DNA of 60,328 nt from assembly GCA_032718475.1 (NCBI GenBank), contig JAUCBJ010005790.1, positions 1-60,328 on the forward strand, read 5' to 3'. The translations under genes and the position numbers were made by a program. Each line of letters begins with the position of its first letter. The stretch's first letter is position 1. Source of the DNA: Nemertoderma westbladi. Its lineage: Eukaryota; Animalia; Xenacoelomorpha. The notes beneath the pieces were generated by a model that had not been told where the DNA came from, did not search any database, and worked only from the letters and a program-made list of their open reading frames with translations. Below, piece by piece: positions 51,288-60,328 of the stretch.

Positions 51288-53105
51288 TAGCGTTAGACCG
51301 GAGCCAGATTTTTGCCGGAGCCGGAACCGGACCGGGTAAATTCCAAAAGTACCGGAGCCGGAACCGGAGCCGGACCGGGTAGGTAAAATTAAAAAAAATA
51401 TATTGAAGCCTGGTATGACTGTATGACCTAAAGGTACCGGTACCACTGCTGCGCTGCACTGTCAGACTGTACTATAATACGACCTGGCATGTCAGCATGT
51501 TGCAGTTAGTCCACTACACAGCTAAATTTAGTGAGCCAACTTCTCCACTTTCTGACTTTGTTTATACTTTATACTCATAAACCAGTACATTACAGCATTA
51601 CGGTCTGACGGTAGTCGGGTAGTTTTATTACATATTAAATCTAACAAAACAACTCAGATCAACGATGCAATAGAAGAATGGTTGATAGCATTCGAACTCA
51701 GTCTGCCAGTAGATCTGTAGATGTAGACAGGCAACAGGTAGAGGTATAGGTACTAGTACCCCCCCCCCCCCCCCAACCGACATGCCACATTAAACTTAAA
51801 AGATCGAGGTTTTTTATCATGATTAATTGTAAATATTATATCTTAATAGATGTTTATGATCTATTTGTCTATTTTCTTTTTATTATTCATTTTTATTAAT
51901 TTCGGTTTTTATTTTAATTAATTGTCTACAGTAGTTTAGTAATAAGTTCAAAGATTTTCTTTATAATTTTCAATATTGTCAATTTTATTTATAGTTTTAA
52001 ATATTCTCTGTCTTAGTTATGATTTTAAATATTGACCATTTTAGTTACAATTTTAAATATTGTTTATTTCAGTTAAAATTTTAAACATTGTCTACTTTTG
52101 TATTATTCCTCGAGGACCCTCATGGAAACGAGGTTTTACCTCATGAGGCAATCCTCAAGCGCCACCTCACTCAAACTTACGTTGCAAACTGTATCAGACA
52201 AACTATATTTTCTATTTCTTTTTAATATATGTCCTGCTTCTCCGTTGTATATGTACAGTAATTTGTTCTTACTACACTTTTTAAAATAATAACAATTTTA
52301 TTTTAAAGCATGCGGGAGGCGAATTTTAATTTCAATTTTAGTTAATTATCATTATTATTAGTTGATCCAGCACTTAATGTAATCAACCACTGCCATGTTT
52401 TATTGAACATATCAAAGTTTTAATTAGAATGTAATCTTATACAGTATGTTTTACCTTTGCTTTTAATGCATTTGTGTTCGTATTGTACGTTGTGTTGTCT
52501 CGTATTAGTAAGCATCATATCCTCCCATTCATTATTCCATTATATTACTGTGAATTGTAATAATTGTATACTTAGTGAATATAATACAGTTGTGACATCC
52601 TACATAGTCGAGTCATGTCTGTTTAGTTTAAGAAGATATAATTTGTTTCCATTTGCGTCTCTATTATTGTTTCTATAGTGTTTTGGTGTAATAAAAAACT
52701 TCAAACTTCAAACTTCAAACTAATACTAATACTACTGTACTAGGCTAGTGACAGCGACAGGCTAGACAGAGTCAGAGAGTGAGTAGGTAGTACAGTACTG
52801 TAGGTACTAGTGTACTGACTGGCCTGTCTTTGTAGCCTCAGCCTGGCACCTGGTAGGCCAGTACAGCAGTAGGCAAAGCTATCTGGCTGTACTATGATGG
52901 ACTAGCTGACTAGACTAGATGACTGTGACTGTGGACAACTGATTGTGCATTGTACATCTGTACATTGTGTGTCTCTGTCTGTCTTTTACAGTTTTATACT
53001 GGAGCTCCGGTCCTCCGGTCATATTTTAGCCGGAGCCGGACCGGAACCGGAGCACCATTTTCCGGGCCGGATCCGGACCGGAGCCGGAGCTCCGGTCTAA
53101 CACTA
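51288..53105. mobile_element. hAT-type MITE
   Basis: TIR TAG(C/T)GTTAGACCGGAGC; 8-bp TSD GTCTACAG. Confidence 0.9.
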
Positions 53106-53113
53106 GTCTACAG

Positions 53114-53896
53114 TAGGGCTCGATCGGAGCTCCGGCCTCCGGCTCCGGCTCCGGCCATTTTGGCACCTCCGGCTCCTGCTCCGGCTCCGGTAAAAATATT
53201 GCCGGAGTTAATTTTTTAATAAAGTATTATATTTCGTGCATATTCTAATCTGAACAATTATTTACACTATAAGTACTGTAGTACAGCTTCATCAAGCATA
53301 ATACTGCCGTATTTACTTAAAGTCAATGACTGACTGACAGTTGACTGTACTGTAGTACTGGTACTGGCCAGCTGGCTGACTAGCAGACTGTTACAGTGTT
53401 ACAGATAGGCCCTACTGTAAAAAATTGTAAATGCTATGATATGATTGTACACTGTCTGACTGTACCACTGCCTGACTGCAGCTATTTACTAGGTACTGTC
53501 ATGCCAGCATACTGTACTGCAGTACTGGTACACGTACAGACGTACGGTAGGCTACCTACAGTAACAGTACACACCTCTACCACAATTAGACAGTTCAGCA
53601 GTTAGTGAGTTAGGTACTGTAGGTAATTTTTAGCCATCAGCGTCAGGCCGTCTGTCCGTGATAAATTAATTACTTAAATTTTAAATTGAAAATTCGTAAA
53701 TTATGAAATTAATTAGACCAACAGTATGATTGATTATGAGCGATTGGCGAACGATTACGATAACCATACTTTATTTATTTTTTAATAAATAATTAAATTT
53801 TTGAAAAACTCCGGCTCCTGCTCCGGCTCCGGCCAAATTGTCCAACTCCGGCTCCTGCTCCGGCTCCGGCCAAATCCCAACTCCGATCGAGCCCTA
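53114..53896. mobile_element. hAT-type MITE (different family, same target)
   Basis: TIR TAGGGCTCGATCGGAG; 8-bp TSD GTCTACAG. Confidence 0.9.
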
Positions 53897-54063
53897 GTCT
53901 ACAGGTCTATAGCACTACAGCACTATACTGCTATAGGCCTAAGATTTAGGTTAACTGTAAGAAGTGTTTCACTTTTCAGTTTTAGATTTTCACTTTTTTC
54001 AAAATATTACATTTTGTTCATTTGAAGATTCATTTAATGACCTACTGCCACGGCCACCGCCAC

Positions 54064-55680
54064 CAGTCTGGTTCCTGGCTTAATTTGACATTATGTCATA
54101 TTTGACATTTTGCTTTTCAAATTTGACATTTCATGCTAAATTTGACATGGAAAAAGAGAAAAAGTGCTTTGGGAGTTCAATTATTTAATTGGGCATCTGA
54201 ATTTTTATATGTAGACATTAATTTGCCATTTGAACATTTTCACCAGGGGTAATTGAAATTCACCAAGAATTTTTTGAAATAATTACGTTTTAAATTCTGC
54301 AAGATTCAAATTTGACATGACATTCCAAATTTGACATTCAATATTATACCAGTAGTATAAATATATAAGACGATTTGATGTTGAAGGTTTATTATTAAAT
54401 CTGTTTAATTGATCCAACATCAATTTTAATTATTATAGCTTTATATTTTAAACTGGACAACTGATGAAATGAAAAATGGGATATTTAATTACGGATTCCT
54501 TCTGGAAAGGAGCAGGTTACAAAGGCACATTATTTTAACCAAAACAATATACTAAACAGCTAAACACAATAGAACAGGTTACAGTTTAATTTTTGAGAGT
54601 AATCCACTGTTATAATTGTGTCCAATGTCCCCTGGAGAGGGATGCAATTTTATTGCGTCCAGTCCCCCCCTCCCTTAAATAACAGTTTAATAACAGTAAC
54701 AATAACAAAATATAACAATATTAGTAACCTAATTTAACTTGATAAATAACAGTTCAGTTCACCATTCTTAGCTTACCGTAGTTTAATTATATCTGGCATT
54801 ATTATTTCGAATGGAAGGGGGGGGGGGGGGGGGGGGTGAGGGGTCACTTAATCAATTATATAAATTTTATATTGCGGCCAGACAGAGCCAAACATAGGTT
54901 AAGGTTGAAAGCTGGCTGCATAGAAATCATGGTAATGACATTTAACTGTTTAATATCTAACCCGCAATCTTTAATCTCAATCTTTAAAAATAAACAAGAA
55001 TCTGTAAATTATTTAAAGAACACAAATCATTGTTATATTATATCTACATGCAATTTCGGAACTCAATATCAATACAATTAGCCTATTCAGAACAGACTAT
55101 TCATCAGTTTCAGGCTCCTCTTCTATGGTACCTATTTAGCTATTGCTCATATCTTGTTGGATTTGGAAGTACAAATCTGCAAATCGACTAGTTCTTGTTT
55201 TTTCTTGGACAATTTAAGGAGTTCTGAGTATTCTACGAAATCAGACTGCCAATTAGACAAAACATCTATCAATTTTTCTCGCAGTTGCTCCGCAGTTAAT
55301 TTTGCAATTGCTTCTGTTTTTACCCGGTCGCTCTCGCTACACATGGGATAGGCAGCATACAGCATATGTAGCATTTCCATCGAACTCGACTTGCTCACAG
55401 CGTGATTGCTCGTACACGTACATTGCCTGATTATATTTTTACTGAATACAACTAAAGAAAGTATACTATTAACTATTTGTTTAACTATTAAGTCAGTAAG
55501 TACTATAAACTATCAACTACCCGTATTTGCCTTGACATCTGTCTTTTAACTATGCCTATAGCTGTATAGTTAGAATTTAAACAACGAAATGGCAATTTTG
55601 ACATTAGTGCAGTAGTGACAAATTTGACATGCCACATGTCAAATTTGACATAATGTCAAATTAAGCCGGGAACCAGACTG
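54064..55680. mobile_element. Non-autonomous TIR transposon
   Basis: About 43-bp TIR CAGTCTGGTTCCYGGCTTAATTTGACATTATGTCA; flanked by GCCAC on both sides. Confidence 0.8.
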
Positions 55681-56074
55681 GCCACCGGTAGGCCTACCCA
55701 GACTGCCAGACAGCATACGAAACCAGATTTCTGAATTAACAGATTAATGGAAAGGAGCAGGCTGGCTGGCAGGTTACAGCGGTCCTACTAATTACCCCAA
55801 CCTACCACAATCTACCCCAACCTACCACAATCTACCGCAATCTACCCCAACAATTCGATAGAGGCATCTAATTACCACAATATTATTTTACAATGGCGTC
55901 TAATTACCACAATATACCAGTATACAGAACGCAAGTGTCTATTTACCACAAGACTACACTGCATCTAATTACCACAATATTATTTTACATTGGCTGATTG
56001 GTGTCTAATTACCACAATACTGCAATATACAGAACGCAAGTGTCTATTTACCACAAGACTACACTGCATCTAAT

Positions 56075-56350
56075 TACCGCAAAAGACCGCAAAAGACCAA
56101 AAAAGACCGCAAAAGACCACAAAAGACCGCAAAATACCACAAAAGGCCGCAAAAGACCATAAAAGACCGCAAAAAACCACAAAAGACCGCAAAAAACCAC
56201 AAAAGACCACAAAAGACTGCAAAAGACCACAAAAGAACAGAGAAGGCATGGATATACTGCAAGACGAATTACCGCAAAAGACCGCAAAAGACCACAAAAG
56301 ACCGCAAAAGACAGCAAAAGACCGCAAAAGACTGCAAAAGACCACAAAAG
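56075..56350. repeat. 10-bp minisatellite (AAAAGACCRC)n
   Basis: Direct tandem repeats; source of the spurious FAVFCGLL ORFs. Confidence 0.95.
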
Positions 56351-56497
56351 AGCACCAAGAAGTGAAAATTTAGTATTAGCGAGTGTCAGGCGCAGTCAGG
56401 CAGTCAGGTCAATGTATAGAAGTTTTGTAGACCTACATTACTGCATTATGAATCAGACTGTCTGATCTGAAATTATTATACAGTACATTGTCATAAT

Positions 56498-57405
56498 TAG
56501 GGTTCGATCGGTGCACCGGCACCGGCACCGGTATTGCCGGTGTTTGGCACCACCGGCACCGGCACCTGCACCGGCAAAAACATTGCCGGTGCCGGTGTTT
56601 TTTAAAATGATTGGCTGCTGTTAAAATTGAAGCCTACTGCCTGACTGCAGTACCGGTACTGCAGACAGCCTGGCTAAGCTATCAGTCAGCTACAAGGCTA
56701 TAGCTGTTTGACTGTCTGTCTACTCTGCTACTGGCTGACTGGTCTAGCAGTCTAGTTACTTGACTAGTCAGCTAGTGGTAGGGTAGCCCAGAATCATAAC
56801 ACCTTACTTAGTGTAAACAGTGTACTTGGCGCCTTACTTATTTCTGTATTTTATGTAATACCCGTATATAAATACTGTAGGCCTACTGTAACTGTACACA
56901 TATAATTTTAATGCAATCGTTTTATTTAAACTTTTATATTCATTTTATTGTAAAGCTAAACCATTTTATATAAATGCGTGACATCATAATTTTACAGTAT
57001 TGTACAGTTGTAGAATTGTACGTACTTGTTGCTCTGCTGCTGTACCCGTGTGCTGGGCAGCTGGGTTAAGCTATTACAATATTAATTCAGAAATTGCTCA
57101 GTACATAGTCGGCCAGCTACTGAGCTACTGTACCTTCTGTCAATCTGTGACTGTGGTACTTTACTGCATCACTGCCTCATTTCTGCATTTCATTAGGTGA
57201 CAGGGTTAGGCTGTTAGGTGTGCGTGTGGCCTAATGTAATAGACATAGATTACACAAAAATTTATATTATTTCGTTTTCAAATAGAATTACGCCAAATTT
57301 GCCCAACATTTAAAAACACCGGCACCGGCACCTGCACCGGCATTTACAATGTGACACCGGCACCGGCACCGGCACCGGCAAAATTTTGGCACCGATCGAA
57401 CCCTA
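56498..57405. mobile_element. hAT-type MITE
   Basis: TIR TAGGGTTCGATCGGTGC; 8-bp TSD GTCATAAT; subterminal CCGGCA repeats. Confidence 0.9.
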
Positions 57406-57553
57406 GTCATAATATATTAATTAGATTTTGATACAGTTCAACAATTATTTCACAACTTATTATTGTTTTAGGTTTGCTGGGTGGAAATGTGGGAAGGTGG
57501 ATGGGAATGTGAATGTGGGAATCAATAAACGCTGTTGTTACCTACCAATTTAA

Positions 57554-59998
57554 GGAAAGGAGCAGGTTACAGCGGCAGCATTCTAACCAAAACAATAAAC
57601 TATGTTGTTAACGGTACCAACCACAGTACAAATTGAGTGAAAGTAGCAGAGGATCGGACAGCCACAGCACAATGATCGGTGAACAAAACAAGCCCAAAAC
57701 AAACAAGCCAATAAAAACAAAGAAGACAATGAGCGAGATGGCTAAATACAAAATATTGTAGTTAAAAAGTACTGTATAAGTTTGGTATGGTATGGTCAAT
57801 GGTCATTATGTGATTGCGGGTCTGCCAAACACCCAACTTTCACCCAACTCAGCAACTACACCCCACTTCCGCCCAACTACACAACTTTCACCCAACTACA
57901 CCCAACTGTATCCAACTTACACCAAATTATACTGTATAGCACCCAACTTCCACAAATTATAATAATGTACAGTAACAAACTCTGAACTTCTTTGAGGAGT
58001 TGCTGAGATATGAGCTTTTTAAAAGCTTCATGTACTGTATTTTGCACCCACTGCGGAGCAATTTATGAAAATACTGTAACAAACTAACGTTTATATTTAT
58101 TGCAGGTTGGTTCTAGAATAATTGATGAATTTAACAATAAATATACAAAGGAGAGACCGAGACTATTGGCGAACGATCCAGATACCTACAGATGTCTACA
58201 GTACATATACCACTCACCAAAATCCCAACCTAATGAAGCTACATGTATAAACTAAACTGGCGCTGTGGGATTGCGGTGGAAATGAAAACGGTATTGATAT
58301 ACAGGAGGGTCACACTGTTAACGACGAAATCGCATTGGAAACTTTTGTTGTAAGGAATGACAATGTTTATAATAAGTACAAATTTAATGGACATAATTTC
58401 TATATTATACAGTACTGTATGTTTAATGCAATTATAATAATGTAATTATCTTTTATGTATCATAGAATACAAGAAAAAAACTAAGCAGCTTTATTTTAAA
58501 AATCATGGCCTTTATATTAATTAATAATAATTTATAACAAAACAACAGAAAGAATTTTATAACTTTTTACATTTTTGATAAACTAAAATGGGATCTGGTA
58601 AGATCTGTACAGATCAAGAGAAATTCTGCAAAGAACTTATGATTCACTTCTTATTATCATTACTTCTTATTCTTTCTTATTATTATCATTCTTATTATGA
58701 TTCACATATATGCCAAAATGGACAAGATCTTTACGAGAATCGATAAGATCGTTATACAGTACAGATCTTAGTGGAACTAATAATTCATCACACTAAGGTA
58801 GAGAATTGCGAACGTTGATCAATGTAATCATATAGACACGGCCTGTGGTCTCTAGTACATACAGTATATGTACAGAAATGATATGCCAGAATGGACAAGA
58901 TCTTTACGAGAATCGATAAGATCGTTATACAGTACAGATCTTAGTGGAACTAATACAGTAATTCATCACACTAAGGTAGAGAATTGCGTACGTTGATCAA
59001 TGTAATCATATAGACGCGGCCTGTGGTCTCTAGTACATACAGTATATGTACAGTAGGATATGCCAATATTCCAAAAGTTCGAGAGGTATTTGCCCGTAAC
59101 TTTCTAAAATATTGGAACTTTTTCTCCAGTACGCCCATACAAAATTTTGTTGAAAATGGTTAAAATCTTCAAAAGTTATTTACGAATGTATTTTTCATTA
59201 AAGACAGATGGACAGACAGAAAGACGGACGCACGTACATGAAATTTTGCCCTATTTACTAATTATCATTGTGCGTTAAGGCTCGCCTTTACTGCGTGGCT
59301 CGACCCACAATCGCAGAAAACCATGGTCACGAAATTTTAAAAATTACGTGTATCACCAAATTTCAGTTCCAGAACGAAAAATACCTGTTATGCCTCTGAA
59401 CTAAACATTAGATATATTGTACTGTATGGCCTACACAACTCCACATCCAAAAAAGCGATGTATATTAGAATTTGTATGGTTTTTGGCAACTTTATAATTT
59501 GCTTTATAATTTTTTATTTTGAAAAATTCTGACATAGGGTGCGAGAAAGTGGTGAAAGTTAAGTGTAGTTGGATGAAAGTTGAATGTAGTTGGGTGGAAG
59601 TGGAGCGTAGTTGGGTGAAAGTGAGTCAAAGTTGAGAGTAGTTGGGTGATAGTTGTGTGGAGAGCTGGATGTTCTGTGGGACGAGTACCGCATTCATGGC
59701 GAGACTTAGCGCACAATTGCAATTAGTAAAAGTAAAGCAAAATTTAATCTCCGTCAGTTTACAAAAGCCCGCCTCTGTAATCTGCTCCTTTCCCCCAATT
59801 GGTAACAATATCGTTTATTGTTTTGGTTAGAAAAGCCCGCCTCTGTAACCTGCTCCTATCCCTCAATTGGTAACAATATCGTTTATTGTTTTGGTTAGAA
59901 AAGCCCGCCTCTGTAACCTGCTCCTATCCCTCAATTGGTAACAATATCGTTTATTGTTTTGGTTAGAAAAGCCCGCCTCTGTAACCTGCTCCTTTCCC
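57554..59998. mobile_element. TIR element (GGAAAGGAGCAGGTTACAG family) with a tandemly repeated right end
   Basis: Inverted termini; about 68-bp right-end unit repeated at 59763-59998; related ends at about 50381-50837, 54505 and 55749. Confidence 0.7.
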
Positions 59999-60328
59999 TC
60001 TATTGGTAGGTAAAAATAACGTCATTCCCATCTTCCCACATTCCGATCTCCCTACATTCCCATCTTCCAACATTCCCACATTCCCATCCACCTTCCTACA
60101 TTCCCATCTTCCCATCCACCTTCCTACCATCCCACCGACCGAGCCACCTACCCACCTCTTTAAACAAAGGTTGACCTATTTTATTTCGACTTTCCTGGGC
60201 ACTCTGGGAAAGTTCACATTGGCCTAAAAACAAGTAATTTTTTTTAATTATAGAGACATAAATTCAGGCACTATAAATTCAAATATTCAAGCACTTTGTG
60301 TTTCCCTGTATGGGTTGTACATATCTTA

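Noticed and set aside
56048-56347. Hydrophobic FAVFCGLL ORFs resembling membrane proteins
   Set aside because: Translation of the 10-bp minisatellite.

Overview
AT-rich, repeat-dense invertebrate animal genomic DNA. The window holds the 5' two-thirds of a spliced Slo1/BK (KCNMA1-like) Ca2+-activated K+ channel gene on the minus strand. I traced its coding exons by hand from about 47846 down to 3375; all have GT-AG boundaries and consistent phases, and the gene continues beyond base 1. The channel is atypical. The main S4 gating arginine (human R213) is Ala and the Mg2+-site glutamate (E399) is Ser, while the RCK1 Ca2+ site and pore are intact. It also has two duplicated 59-nt S1 exons that must be mutually exclusive, and a candidate 15-nt microexon at the STREX position. 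Nested on the same strand in the 17-kb S6 intron is an intact, intronless 502-aa PLP-dependent acidic-amino-acid decarboxylase (GADL1/CSAD/ADC family) with an arthropod-like look. The introns carry hAT MITEs with 8-bp TSDs, an RTE LINE fragment, Helentron-like elements with CTCF-like motifs, large minisatellites, and two Penelope-type minimal hammerhead ribozyme motifs. One hammerhead sits between the A and B boxes of a tRNA-like Pol III unit. All calls were made by eye; no database searches were run, and human residue numbering is from memory.
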